From: Callorhinchus milii
Taxonomy: Eukaryota
Assembly (NCBI RefSeq): GCF_018977255.1
Contig: NW_024704757.1
Coordinates: 12,586,199 to 12,650,000 of the forward strand
DNA: 63,802 nucleotides
Reading direction: 5' to 3'
In this document: positions 41,790 to 54,922 of the stretch, in pieces
How positions within the stretch are numbered: the stretch's first letter is position 1
Layout of the letters: each line of letters begins with the position of its first letter
Position numbers and translations under genes: made by a program
The notes under the pieces: model-generated
Told to the model about the DNA's origin: nothing
Database searches by the model: none
What the model saw: only the letters and a program-made list of their open reading frames with translations

Positions 41790-41910
41790 CTGATCCTTGG
41801 CTCATATCTGTCTGTAGAAGCTGTTTTGCCCTAATGATATCCACATTTAGCCTTCCTGCACTTGGCAAATAATTAAGAGAGATCAGTAGCTCCCCTAGTT
41901 CCACTTCATT
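41790..41910 (-). CDS. SYT17: SYT17 coding exon 6 (start of C2B)
   Basis: NEVELGELLISLNYLPSAGRLNVDIIRAKQLLQTDMSQGS. Boundaries ccatag|AAT and G|gtaagt. Confidence 0.96.
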
Positions 41911-43683
41911 CTATGGGGAAAATAAATACAAACAGAATATCAAACACTGGTGGATATTATCAGCAAATATCCTCATACATCCTCATGAGGGATACCTTGT
42001 CTTCACAGGCTGGATATAAACAATTGCATTGATATCTTCCACGTGGACAGTTATATATTCACACTCAAGCATAATAATAATAATAATCCTCACATTTGTT
42101 GTAGCACCTTATCACGACTTTGTAACATCACAAAGCACTGCACAGAACATACTGTCAAGTGAATTGACTGTATATTTTGTGGGAGAAACATGGCAGCCAA
42201 TTGCACACAGCAGTGTATCATGGATTGAAGTGACCAATTTATTATTTTTTTGCATACAGTAATTAATGCCCCACAAACAACCATGAAGTGAACTACCTGG
42301 GGGATAGTTGGACCAGGACATTGGGTAAACACCTTATATAAGGTCTATGAGGTCTTCTCTGAGACTACTGCAAATCACTGCAAACAAAATTGATCCGTAA
42401 GCAAGACCCAATTCCAACTTGTCACAGAACCGCTCGCCTGATTTGATGCTTTCTTTTCGAAATCTCAGAAGAAGTCGCAGAGCCTAGGACTGACTTATAA
42501 TCAATAGCATTGTCTGACTGACTGGCTAAAGGTTCTTTAGGAGCTGAAATTTCACTGCATCTGGTGTGTGTTTCAAAATATATTGTCAAATTGCATCACA
42601 ACACTTCACTGAAATGTTAATTATGATCAGACATCTTTCAAAAGACATTGGCGCCATATTCTTTGCTTTGATGGACACAACAGCTTGTCATGTCAGAATG
42701 TCTCAAAGTGCTTCACATACCAACTTACTTTGATTTATACGAAGAGCAACAACACTCACATATATCAAACATCATTGGCAAAATTGACTGATCAGTCTGC
42801 GCTTAGCCATTCTGAATTTTTATTAAAGAGTAACTAATTGAATAAAATGTTAGTAAATTCCATAGTGCAGTGGCAGAATAATGGGTGACGAAACACCCGG
42901 GCAAACTAAGTTTACGGAACTCGGCATGTGTTTGTTAGGATACATTATTCACAGATTGTAAAAATACCCAAGTCAAGAAAAGAGCATTAACATCACCTGA
43001 CCAGTGGTTCATCTTTTTCTAAACAATTCTTGCACTTTGGTCCTTCCTGATTTCACATAAACTGTCGGCAACAAAAGGAAGTGCAATTCCTCGATTCACA
43101 TCCAGGCGAACTCACCAAATAGACCTCTCAACATGGAAAGACATCAATCCCCCTTGACAAAGCTAGTTTTTTCAACCATTAATGATTTATTTTTCCTTAT
43201 TTGGTTAAGGTCTGTATGGTCATTGTTAATATAGTGATTCAGCTAACAATCTGACATATTGCTGTGTCCCACATGTGCTGTGCGGAAATTAACTGGCCCA
43301 TTCGCTAACAAAATGCTCTACACTTTACACTAAACCCTGTGAAATGCTTTGAGTTGTCCTCCTGAAGTGAAAAGGCATATTAAATGCAAGGATTATTATT
43401 GAGTATTCTTATTGATTAAAGAATAGTAATTAAAAATCACACCACTTCTACCAACCTGACTAGCAAACATGACCTAGTAATCGGCACACAACACACACAC
43501 ACACAAATGTAACCAATGTTTGCACTAACCTAATTAGGACGTATGCCACATCATTAATGCTATTGAACCTGGTATTTTCACTGATGTAACCAGCAATTAT
43601 GTTCCAACTCATACTCAATGCCACAAAATAGTATTCTACGATTGATCAGACATAAAAACAAATGCACAAATTCGCACAATTAC

Positions 43684-44306
43684 CTGAGAACTTGGAACTA
43701 GTGCCTTCCACCAATGTCCACCTTTTACCAGGTCAACTTCGTTTAAAGACATTGCAACTTTCCCAATAACACAATGACGTGAAAATTTATCAAAGTCAAC
43801 AACTGTTAAAAGGAGAGTCCTTCTCTGCGTTTCTAAAAAAGGAACTTCAAACGTGTAGCGTTCCTCAAAAACCGGGTTCTGAGTCTTGCGTTTGACTCCT
43901 GTTTGCCTTGAGTTCTTCTGATCTGGTAGGAGGCACATCTTGACGTATGGATTAGAATGAGCCATATCTTGTCTGGAACCATCGTATGAGATAGGAGGAG
44001 GCAGATCCCTGGCTTCGATCACCCGCACTGTCAGATAATTATGCAGGAGGTCGTATTGAGTGCTAAAGTGGAGCATGCCAAGCTGATACCTGGACAGAAT
44101 CTCCTCATCGGTCAAAGAGTCCACATCGTCACTGTTTGAATCAACAGAGTAGAGTCTCGGTTCAAATTTCCGGAAGTAGTCCTCGGGAGCATATGGTTTC
44201 CTGAATACTTTAGGTTGAACTATTTCCTTCTTCGATCCAATTGTCCAAAACTCAATAGGTTTGATGTCAATCAGCGGAGAGCTCGGGCGTCTGGACGTCT
44301 CTAGAT
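43684..44306 (-). CDS. SYT17: SYT17 coding exon 5 (linker plus C2A)
   Basis: LETSRRPSSPLIDIKPIEF...LGMLHFSTQYDLLHN...NPYVKMCLLPD...VVDFDKFSRHCVIG...WWKALVPSSQ. Boundaries ctgcag|AT and CAG|gtaatt. Confidence 0.97.
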
Positions 44307-44729
44307 CTGCAGGATTGGGGAATTCAAACAACAAAAGTAAGTCATGAAACAATTCACACAGTGTTACTTACACTGAACAAATGGTCAACTGAACAGGCGG
44401 AAAAAACGGCTGCACAATATTCCAACTTTAATTCTTCACATCCGTACTTTCATTTTGAGATTCTGAAAACTGTTGCACCTTGTTAGTTTTCCTTTATTAG
44501 TCAGGGGCAATTTTACTCCTGTCCAGTTTTCTTCGCTGAAAGGATACAGTTCCATAGGTTCCGATCACCCTTTGGGACTTCACCCAACTGCCCATCCTCG
44601 ATGTGAGCATTTGGCTATGATTGTTGGCTAGTGATTCAACTGTGGTGGGGGAGTGAAGGGTCGGAATCACAGGTAAGCCTGTTATTTGCTCACATGCATT
44701 GACTACAGTTGCTAGCAGAAGTATATACC

Positions 44730-44872
44730 TTGATTGATTGTTTGATTGTTTGATTGGTTGATGATTGATTGATTGATTGATTGATTAATTGATTGATTGA
44801 TTGATTGATTGATGGACAGGTTGACTGACTGACTGACTGATCTATTGACTGATTGATTGACTGACTGATTGA
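44730..44872. repeat. (GATT/GACT)n tetranucleotide microsatellite
   Basis: Direct reading of the sequence. Confidence 0.92.
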
Positions 44873-45589
44873 CACCAAGGCTAGTCGCAATGTCCTAACT
44901 GCTGCACTGACTGGGATCAGCAATGGATAGCACAAAGTTTGCAGTGAGTTAAACTAGCTATCATTGGGTGAGAAGCACAAACCTCATGAGCGGAGCCTTG
45001 GGGGATGGTTTTTAAAATATGACTCAAACCAAAACCATAATAAATTACTGGTTTAAAAAAACGCACATGGAGTATAAACGTTGTAGGTATGTAATTCCTC
45101 CTGCGTATTCATTATTCTTCGCACAATCAGGTTCTGTTTTGCATGACTCATCATATATCCTCACAGGACATACCGCAGTTAACCAACAAAAACAAGAATA
45201 ATCAGTGCCTTCAGCAAATGGTATGTTTAAACTGCTAAAACAAGGCAACAATGTCATGGTATCTAATTCCTACAATCCTTTAGATTCCCTAGAACTCTCA
45301 CATTTCTGGCTTTGTGCCCTCGACTAGATTCTTACAGATCCCATTGTGGGATTTAGGTATTAATTCTTGGATTAGTCAGAAATATTACTCACCTGTGGAA
45401 TAAACTGCAGGTAAACAGCCCACAAAATACACAATCAATCCACTTGATAAAATATTGTTTGAAGCGCATTGAGACGCCTCAATGAAGTGATAAAGAGCTA
45501 CATCAAATGCAAGGATTATTATTATATAAATTATGATGTACATTTAACGTAGAGGCAAAGCCAAAGTGCTAAATGTGCTCGGCTCTTAC

Positions 45590-45735
45590 TCGAAATTCGT
45601 CTGGTCAGGCTGTAAGTGGAACGTGATGTATCTGAGGATCTCCGTCTATCAGAAGAGCTGCTTTGAGGAGTCTGCGGAGGGTCACTACTTGCACTGTCTA
45701 AATCTGCCTCCTGGTCATTGGTACGATCGCTTATC
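45590..45735 (-). CDS. SYT17: SYT17 coding exon 4
   Basis: ISDRTNDQEADLDSASSDPPQTPQSSSSDRRRSSDTSRSTYSLTRRIS. Boundaries aaccag|G and A|gtaaga. Phases 2 and 1 fit the neighbouring exons. Confidence 0.93.
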
Positions 45736-45954
45736 CTGGTTCACAGAAGAAACACAGAAATTAATCGCTGCAATTTTACGTGTGTTTACCGCACAGACGT
45801 CTGATCAATCTACTTTACAACAAAGGCCTGAAAGAGCTCTCTTATATCACGAATTACCCTTGTTCCTGTTCATATTTTACCTTTGCCTTTGTCTGCCAAG
45901 GGTTCTGACCCTTTGGTGCCATAAAGGAACTTCTTCCCCAAACAGCATCCACTC

Positions 45955-46513
45955 TAAGAGTAGGAAGTCTACTGTATAGGGCCTTGGTGAGACCGCACCT
46001 AGAGTATTGTGTGCAGTTTTGATCTCCTTATTTAAAAAAGGACATACTTGCCCTAGAGGGGGTGCAGCGTAGATTCACTACGTTATTTCCTGGGTTGAGG
46101 AGACTGACCTATGAGGATAGGCTGAATAAACTAGGGCTATATTCTCTAGAGTACAGAAGTATCAGCAGAGATCTTATTGAAACATATAAGATTCTTAAAG
46201 GGCTGATAAAGTAGACACTGAGGGTCTGTTTCCCCGGTAGGAGAATCTATAACCAGGGGTCACAGTCTGAAAATTAAGGGTCAGCCTTGAGGGTAGTGAA
46301 TTTATGGAATTCACTACCTCAGAAGGCTGTAGATGCTCTTCAAGGCTGAGACTGATAGATTTTTTAAAAAATAGAGGGATTAGTAGATATGGGGATAGGG
46401 CAGGTAATTATAGTTAGGTCAGAAGATCAGCCGTGATCTTATCGAATGACGGGGCAGGGCTCGAGGGGCCGAATGGCCTACTCCTGCTCCTAATTCTTAT
46501 GTTCTTATGTTCT
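45955..46513 (+). mobile_element. CR1 LINE 3' fragment
   Basis: Translates to [35 protein letters not shown], the CR1 ORF2 C-terminal motif. Ends in GGGCCGAATGGCCTACTCCTGCTCC and (TTCTTATG)n. Confidence 0.9.
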
Positions 46514-48746
46514 AATGGAATAATTTTTCAAGCACGTGTCAGGCCTGGAGCAGCTTATATCTTTCCTTCGCGCGCACACACACACACACACACACACCTG
46601 GACTGGGCACACTTAAACATCATGTGTGAGTGATGCTGGCGTGGAGAACAGAAATTCCTGTTTGTGGGTCCATTGTTTTGAAAGAAAACTTCTAGATTCG
46701 CTACGGTAACAGACAGCGACTAAATCTTGCTACCTCCTTAAATGGGATTTATTTGCATCTCTTGGTGAAAATAATTCATATCAATGACCGGCGCTTCTAA
46801 CGAGAGATGTATTGGCTTGCAAGCCAAAGTGCACACGGTCAGCTCGAGGGCATAGTGCACAGCTGTGACCCATGGCGTCCTTGAAATTGTTCAAAGCTGA
46901 TGTTACAACTCAAATAACGGGGCACTACGGAGCTTGACTGTGGCTGAATTAGTCCCACATAGCTTCTGTTTGGCAAGGATTTCTCAGAGCACGGCACAAC
47001 TCCCTTTAAAACCAGGCCTAATTGCTCGCTGTGTGCTAAAGGGACCTCTTCCATTACTATTACGTATGTCGTGTGGGGTCGTAACAGTGTCACAGAGTGC
47101 ACACTTCTGACACTGTACTGCAGATTGCACGGTCCCATCAAAAATGTGCTCCAGATTGGATGTTATTTTAACGGTAATGATGGTATCATCGTTGAGAAAA
47201 ACTTTCAGATAGGATTTTCAAGAGCTCACAGTGTTTTCGGTGATTGCTCCTGCAGGCACACACAGCAGCAAGATCTGCACATAATGAGTCATAAACTGCA
47301 TCAAATTATCGCCGGTATCACGCAGGGAAACAATGCTTCAAATGATACCTCCCAAGCTTAAGTATCACAGATTGAACTGGAGTCTTAATATAATGTGTTA
47401 TTTGTGTTATTCGTCTACGCTGACTGAGTTACGCTTGCTTCTATTTATGAAAGCATTTCAATTGATACCCCTACTTTTTTTTTTGGGGGGGGGGTGGTGG
47501 GTGGGGTGGGGGTGGGAATCTTCACAACAAATAAGAGAGAAACTTTGCCCCAATTGTATCACATCGCCATGTATTTATGCGACGGGCTAGGTTTAAATAG
47601 CAAGTACAGCGAAGCTGGTGAATCAATGAAATTAGAAGTAAATCATGCTTTAGGATACTATCGTGGATATTGAAGCAATCTCTTTTGAGCTCATCAGCAA
47701 ATGTGTTTGAGCGACAGGTGATTCAGTGGTGCTCCCAAGCATTCAGAATACAGGCTTCAAAAACGGTTGTGCATTTCCAGCACAGTGTAGCAAAAGGAAA
47801 TTATTCAATGCAAAGATGCGTGGCCACATTATATTAAGATCAAACACATTAGAAACACATACATACAACAAAAACAACAGCAACTTGCACACACGCACTG
47901 CACGGTACACAAATGAAGAAACACACAGAAATACACTAAACATGATTCCTCCAAACACACACACAAACCCTTTTTTTAGCAATTTTCATCCAAGGCATTT
48001 TCGAACTCTCTACGACAAGTAAATCACATTCAAGGGTTGTTGTGCATTCAATTTTAATATCCTTCTAAGAAATGAGCTCAGCTTAATCTCATTCATTTTT
48101 GAATAGGACTGTTTTTTTCCCCCCCAATCGGCCTCTGTGCATCTCAGGGTATTCAAGGAAAACGGTGTGGGTGGGTTTGCAAATTTGCCCGGCTGGTATT
48201 CTCATCGACTCTCACCGCGAACTGCACACAGCCAGACCTACGCAGAACGTAATATTGTACATGCAATTCTTTTCATCCACATCGCTGCAACAGGTGATGA
48301 ATCGAGATGTAATGTTAATAGCGGCCACTGTGCATCAAGTCAAAGTACGGGTCTGTCTGCTCACAGGGGCCTCACGTATCACATAACATCACATCCATTC
48401 GGACATCACACAGCAGTGACGTGGCATTTAATGCCTTTACCTGCAGGACTGTGCTAACTGAATGAAACAAGCCTGACAAGCCTGTATCTGCAGGACTTTG
48501 CTAACTGAAACAAACCGGGACTAATAGAATAAAACAAGCACAGCAACAAATCGCCCCGTTACCTCATTTCCACATTCACACACTCGCCAATCACACAGTA
48601 AGGCAGACACCACTGAATAATAAGTTAGGCTCTGGAGCACCTGTTACACGCATCAGATCGAGACGCCGTGTTAAAGAGAAAATGAATGTGTTTCTTTTAA
48701 TAAAACACACACACACACCTACACACACCCACACAAACGCACTTAC

Positions 48747-48895
48747 AGCCAAGGTGGTGTCTGAGCAGGAAACGGTCCTAAGATTTCCACCTCATCTTCA
48801 CTGGTCTGACAGCAACTGCAGTCATAACACTTTTCACAACAATTCCTGCAAGTCCATCTGCACAGAAGAAAATCTGATATTCGAGAGAGAAACCC
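48747..48895 (-). CDS. SYT17: SYT17 coding exon 3 (cysteine cluster)
   Basis: GFLSRISDFLLCRWTCRNCCEKCYDCSCCQTSEDEVEILGPFPAQTPPWL. Boundaries aaacag|GGG and CT|gtaagt. Confidence 0.96.
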
Positions 48896-49335
48896 CTGTT
48901 TTCACGTGGGAGAAATGGGGAAACAAAGGGAAATTAACAACAACCTGGTATCTTACTGTATATGCTATACATCATCAGTGCTCTCATTGTAGGCTGACAC
49001 TGGCAGCTGATTTCAGCTTCTCTTGTTAGCTTTAATGTGCTTTCTTACACCATCGCTGCTTACAGCCAGCACGGCAACATCCTGATGAATAGAATAACAC
49101 GGCAAAAATAAGGCGAAAATAAAGAGTTTGGCTCTCTTTTCGCAAAGGAATTACTGTTTGAAAAATGGAAATAATAAAAAAAAACTGTCTATTAAATCTG
49201 TGTCGGGACACAAAAAAAAACTACACAGAAAAAGCAAACACATACAAAAGTAAATTCCGGGTTCAGAAATTATAATTTTTGGGGGGGGTTTCTTTTAAAG
49301 AAAAATCGCATGTTATGAATAAAAGGAAAGCTTAC

Positions 49336-49353
49336 CTGGTTTATTGGTTCCAA
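49336..49353 (-). CDS. SYT17: SYT17 coding exon 2 (18-nt microexon)
   Basis: gacag|TTGGAACCAATAAACCAG|gtaagc encodes LEPINQ (human LEPLNE as recalled), phase 0/0. Confidence 0.88.
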
Positions 49354-49960
49354 CTGTCCTTTTAGAGACCCGTGAAAGGCGAGAGAGGGAAGGGGAGACA
49401 GAAATAAACTAGTTTAATAATAATCATAATCCTTGTAATTAATACCTTGTCTTATCACGTCTTCGAGACGTCTCAAAACGCTTCACAGAATACACTGTAA
49501 AGTGAACTGACTGTGCATTTTGTGGACGAAACAGTTAGCGCAGCAATATTTAGCATTCGAGGCTGCCACCGAATCTCATGTTGTTTTTTTGACAAAACAT
49601 ATTACACAAAATATATATGAACAAAAAGATAAACCTCAGTATATTTCACCCTCCCTCCACCACAGCTCAGATTTGAAGGGGGAGGGTGTGTGTGGGGGGG
49701 TGGGGGGTGGGGGGGAACAGGTGCAGGTCTTGTGAGGATAAGATTAAGGGTTAATTGACTTTTTAGTTAGGGCATCTGGGTTTATATAACAACAACTTGC
49801 ATTTATATAGCATCCTTCACGCTGGACGGTGTCTCAGAGCATATATATATATATATCTAAGGGTGATTTTTTGTTGTTATTGTTGGTCACAGTTGCAGGA
49901 GAGGGTTAGGAAGAGGAATTGTTCTCTCTGGGTTGCTCTCTCAATCAGCCAGTGATGGAT

Positions 49961-49974
49961 GTCACCATGGAAAC
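49961..49974. promoter_or_regulatory. RFX X-box motif GTCACCATGGAAAC in SYT17 intron 1
   Basis: Canonical 14-bp X-box palindrome. Function untested. Confidence 0.4.
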
Positions 49975-50427
49975 ACTGGATCAGAGAGCTGAGCCATCGC
50001 CTGATCTGTTAAACCACTGTAACCACCCAACTACCTATAACTAACTAAGTGACCAGAGACCCAACCAACCTCACACCCATTGCCAGTCTCAGGTTGTTGC
50101 ATTTTCACCAACTGTTGCTTCCTTTCACCCCCAGAACAAGAGGGAAAGAGGGAAAAACACAAAAAAAAAACAGGTTTGCACTGAAAGCCAAACCCTATCA
50201 AACAGCTCTTACTGAATGCACTACACAACAACAACAACAACAACTTGCATTGATGTAGCATCACTGTCAGGAGCCAAACACCATCAATGTTTTGCAACAA
50301 AACGTGAGGCTGGGAGATGGAGATGGAGATGGAGATGGGGTGGGGGGGGAGTTTGCCTCTTTTACATCAACCCATGGATGTCTGGAGGCTTCAGTTAATT
50401 GTGGTGACTTCCATATTTTGCTCCTTT

Positions 50428-50706
50428 CAGGGAAAGGGGGAAAGGAGAGGAGAGGAGGAGAGAGGGGAAGAGAAGAGAGAGAGGAAGAGAGGAACAGTGG
50501 AAGAGAGGATAGTGGAAAGGGAGGGGAAGAGAGGGGAGTGGAAGAAAGGAGAGGGATGGGGGGGGGGGGGGGGGGGAAGAGGGGAAGGAGAGGTGGGAGG
50601 AAGAAAGGAGAGAGGAATGGAGAGGGGAAGAGTAGAAGAGAGAGGGGTGGGGGGGGGGGAGAGAAGAGAGGGGAAGAGAGAAGAGGGGAGAGGGGGAAAG
50701 GAGAGG
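50428..50706 (+). repeat. Polypurine (GA-rich) low-complexity tract in SYT17 intron 1
   Basis: About 280 nt almost entirely G/A, with long G runs. Confidence 0.92.
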
Positions 50707-50839
50707 CATTGCACGAGAAAACTGGGGTGGGGGGGGGTTTGCAAATCAATCTCAAGTCCATTCCAGACACTGGTATGTGACAAAGCGTTGCAAAAAAAAA
50801 AGAGAAGAGAATGTTACCTTGAAATATTTACAAACCCAC

Positions 50840-50854
50840 CTGTATATACGCCAT
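50840..50854 (-). CDS. SYT17: SYT17 coding exon 1 (MAYIQ)
   Basis: GAGATGGCGTATATACAG|gtgggt with good Kozak context. All eight exons sum to 1425 nt = 474 aa plus stop. Confidence 0.9.
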
Positions 50855-50901
50855 CTCCACTCAGGGTCTCACTACTTCATATGTACCTGGTCCTTGTGCA
50901 T

Positions 50902-51810
50902 CACTCTCTCTCCCTCCTCTCTCCCTCTCCCTCTCTCCCTCCTCTCTCCCTCTCCCCAACTGTGGCTCTCAACCAGAATACTGTGCACAACAGAGACGTG
51001 ACCTGTGTGACTGAGAGATGCTGATGTGGTCCAGGCGACGTCTCGCTTTTGGATGAACCGCATTTCATCTCTTCCCTCCTCTNNNNNNNNNNNNNNNNNN
51101 NNNNNNNNNNNNNNNNNNNNNNNNNNNNNNNNNNNNNNNNNNNNNNNNNNNNNNNNNNNNNNNNNNNNNNNNNNNNNNNNNNNNNNNNNNNNNNNNNNNN
51201 NNNNNNNNNNNNNNNNNNNNNNNNNNNNNNNNNNNNNNNNNNNNNNNNNNNNNNNNNNNNNNNNNNNNNNNNNNNNNNNNNNNNNNNNNNNNNNNNNNNN
51301 NNNNNNNNNNNNNNNNNNNNNNNNNNNNNNNNNNNNNNNNNNNNNNNNNNNNNNNNNNNNNNNNNNNNNNNNNCCCCTTCCTCTCCTCTCTGTCCCCTCT
51401 CCTCTCCTCTCTCCCTCTCTCCTCTCCCCCTCTCCTTTCCTCTCTGTCCCCTCTCCTCTCCCCCTCTCCCCTCTGTCCCCTCTCCTCTNNNNNNNNNNNN
51501 NNNNNNNNNNNNNNNNNNNNNNNNNNNNNNNNNNNNNNNNNNNNNNNNNNNNNNNNNNNNNNNNNNNNNNNNNNNNNNNNNNNNNNNNNNNNNNNNNNNN
51601 NNNNNNNNNNNNNNNNNNNNNNNNNTCTCCCCCTCTCCCTCTCTGTTCCCTCTCCTCTCCCTTTCCTATCCCTCTCCCTCTCTGCCCCCCCCCCTCCTCT
51701 CCCACTCACTCCTTTATTCCTCTCCTCTCACTTCTCTTTCTCTCTCTCTTCTCTCCCCTTCTCCTCTACCTCTCCCTTCTCTATCTCTTTCCCTCTCTCC
51801 TCTCAGACTG
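50902..51810 (+). repeat. Polypyrimidine (CT-rich) tracts interrupted by assembly gaps (N 51083-51373 and 51489-51625)
   Basis: Direct reading. Covers the presumed SYT17 5' UTR and promoter. Confidence 0.9.
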
Positions 51811-53409
51811 ACTGCCCTCCTGTGAGTTCCCCATCCACTCCCTTTCCCAAACTCCAGATGAACCCAAGTCCATCCAAATGGCTCTCTGTGCCACTTCTGG
51901 TTAGATAGACATAATTTGTCTGTGTGTGTGTGTGTGTGTGTCTATCTATCACAACCTCTCTCTACCCCCCCACTTCCCACCAGTTTTCTTAGTGAGAATA
52001 ACATTAACATTGCCCCCCCCCCCCCCTCACCCTCCTCCTGCTTTCACTGCTCTCTGGTCTATATTAAAACCCCAGTCTATATCTCCCTCTAAACTGAAGT
52101 CCCAGTTGATATCACCAATTCTGTGCAGCCACCAACCCAGGACTGAATTAATAGGAGAATACATTGACCTGTGGTGTGTGGAATGTATTTAATGTTCAAG
52201 AGGTTGGACACCACCAGCACTACACTAAGGGGGGGGTTTAGGATGCTTTAGTTTAAAGCCAACACATTGCTGAGTAGCATTTTTTCAGTCAAAGGCATTC
52301 ATTCCAGCTCTGGAAATGACAGGAGTGTGTGCGTAAAAAAAATATATATGGGATTAAATATTTTTTTTAAGAAAGAGAAGAGACAAAAGAGGGAACTGAT
52401 CTCTCCATCACTCTTCTAACGAATTGATAAGCAACGAGGCTTTGCTCACCCTTGAGTTTTTCTGACTGATTCTGAGTTGTCAAGGTCTTGGAGGAGACAG
52501 CATCCAAGCTGAATCAGGCGAATTTTCTTTAGAACAGTGTGTGAAAAAAAATGACACTCACTTGTAGCTGAATTCTGACAACTGCTCCTTTCATAACAGG
52601 AAACATCCAGAAGCAGAAAAGTCATCAGGAAAAAAAAATGCAGTCCTGGAAAATTGTAGCGATGAATATTTAAACTGCATTAAATGAAAGTGCAGTAGTA
52701 ATGATACTAATAATAACAATTGCATTCGATATAATGCACTATGTCACGTCGTTGAGACGTCTCAAAGCGCTTCACGTGATATGCTGTACTGTGAAGTGGA
52801 TTGACTGTGTATTTCGTACAGAAAATTGGATTTTGTGTATGGATTTAAGTTCACACCATTCTTAGAGCAAAGTGAGGTGTAAAACCAGTCAAAACTCCAA
52901 AGGGAAGTTTATGATAAATCCTTTTTGATAAAGGATGCCCCACATATTAAAAAAAACCTAATTAAAACATGCATACAATATTATTCTGAATGCTTGGAAA
53001 TAAATAATAACAATAATAATAATAATAATAAAGTCCAGGATTATACCATATCGTATCAAGATATCATTAAAGATTAGCATTTGCTTAAAACAAAAGAAAA
53101 TCCGTACGTTTTATTTATTAATGCCTAAATGTAACGGAATCGCAGTCGCTGCGAATCGGCTCCTGAAATGGTTCAGTTTAAATGGCTTCATTCTGCGATT
53201 CCATTTAACACATTGCAAACCTGCGGGTCCAGCTCCAGCATTGCATTTGATCATTGCTTCCACTCAGTTTCCATCTGGAGTCACACAATAAATAGTTAAC
53301 ACCAACAACAACAACAACAAAATTCCCAGCAAATTTGGGGGATGATCTGATTAACAGTATCCCCCACATCACAGGGTTTTTTTTTCAAACTACTCCTATA
53401 TTCTCTTTG

Positions 53410-53630
53410 ACCGAGCCTTCAGCTCCCCTCTCGACTCTCTTCCCCCTCCTCGCTCCCTCCCTTCCCTCCCCTCACCCTGACCATTTCCCCCTCCTCGCTC
53501 CCTCCCTCCCCTCCCCTCACCCTGACCATTTCCCCCCAATGCTCGGGTCATGACCCAACTGTGCAGCGCCTTGGGACGTCCTCCTGACGTGAAAGGCGCT
53601 TTATAAATGGAATCTTGTTGTTGTTGTTGT
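53410..53630 (+). mobile_element. L2 3' end with an internal ~45-bp tandem duplication
   Basis: TCCCCCTCCTCGCTCCCTCC...CACCCTGACCATT occurs twice (53441-53530), followed by the hairpin and (GTT)n. Confidence 0.85.
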
Positions 53631-54105
53631 ATATATGTATATATATGTAAGAATAAGAGTTAAGATAAATGCCATGGCTTAACTTCTGGTTTGCATTTCA
53701 ATTTAGGCAATAAGATAATGAAACATTAAAAGAAGAGCAACCGCATTTTTCTTTTCAATCAAGATTGTGGTGTCTGACCGTCTTCAGATGCCCTCGATTT
53801 AGCAGCATTATAAAGCATTTTAACCGGTTGATAGCAGTAACTCGACCCTGACAATAGCAAAAATGCAAAGGAAAATAAAGAAAAAAAATAAATAAGTACA
53901 TTTAAAAAAATAATAAATGCATTTCAAACTTCAAGAGTTCTTCTTTTCTTTTCACCTGAGTCTTTTCCAGCTGTAAAGTACATAATCTGAAATTAACATC
54001 CTGAATGTGGTAGTGAATGAGGTGCTGAGATGACTTTATGGAGTCATAAAGGACAATAAATCAAATAGTTTTATTTGTTTGGTGGATTAAAAATTCGGGC
54101 ACATT

Positions 54106-54107
<2 letters not shown>

Positions 54108-54136
<29 letters not shown>

Positions 54137-54329
54137 CCTTGCATTTGATATAGCGCTTTTCACGTCGGGAGGACGTCCCAAAGCGCTTCACAGAACACAC
54201 TGTAAAGTGAACTGACTGTACATTTGTGGGCGAACGCGGCAGCCAATTGTGCACAGCAATGTCCCACAAACAGTCGTGGATTGAAAATGACCAGTTTTAT
54301 TGTTGTTTTTGGTTTTGGAGGGATTAATA
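54108..54329 (-). mobile_element. 5'-truncated young SINE
   Basis: Same portion of the element as 31748-31964, with a long (TAA)n tail. Confidence 0.88.
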
Positions 54330-54772
54330 ACCTCCCACATTGCGAACACAAGGAGGGAGGGATTTTCTTAAAATTATTATTTCCCCCCAAACAAAAAATG
54401 CACACTTCAACAGAGAAAGACTGATTGGGACAAGATGGATTGCGGAGGGTGGATGATGCTCCGGCTCCCCAGATAAACCCTCCAGACACAGACCAGTGTA
54501 CAGCACCACCAAGCGGGGTGTTGTAGTACAGCGACCCCTATCGTTCGAGACCAGGTACTGCACCACCAGTTCCTTCCAACTCCCCACCACCCACCCCCCC
54601 CCCCACCCAGTGAATCCCATCCAAACCTCTGGCTCTGGCAAACACATCATTGAAGCTTTTATTTTCGTTCGCGGCTGCAAGCGTGTGTATGTGTGTGTGT
54701 GTGTGTGTAAAAAAAAACTCTCTCACCTACGCTTTTGATCTATGATTGAATTGGGTTGTGCCAAGTGCTGTT

Positions 54773-54922
54773 NNNNNNNNNNNNNNNNNNNNNNNNNNNN
54801 NNNNNNNNNNNNNNNNNNNNNNNNNNNNNNNNNNNNNNNNNNNNNNNNNNNNNNNNNNNNNNNNNNNNNNNNNNNNNNNNNNNNNNNNNNNNNNNNNNNN
54901 NNNNNNNNNNNNNNNNNNNNNN
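54773..54922. other. Assembly gap
   Basis: Run of N. Confidence 1.

Noticed and set aside
50267-51825. Long ORFs of 100-277 aa around 50.3-51.8 kb
   Set aside because: Artefacts of GA/CT low-complexity sequence and N gaps.
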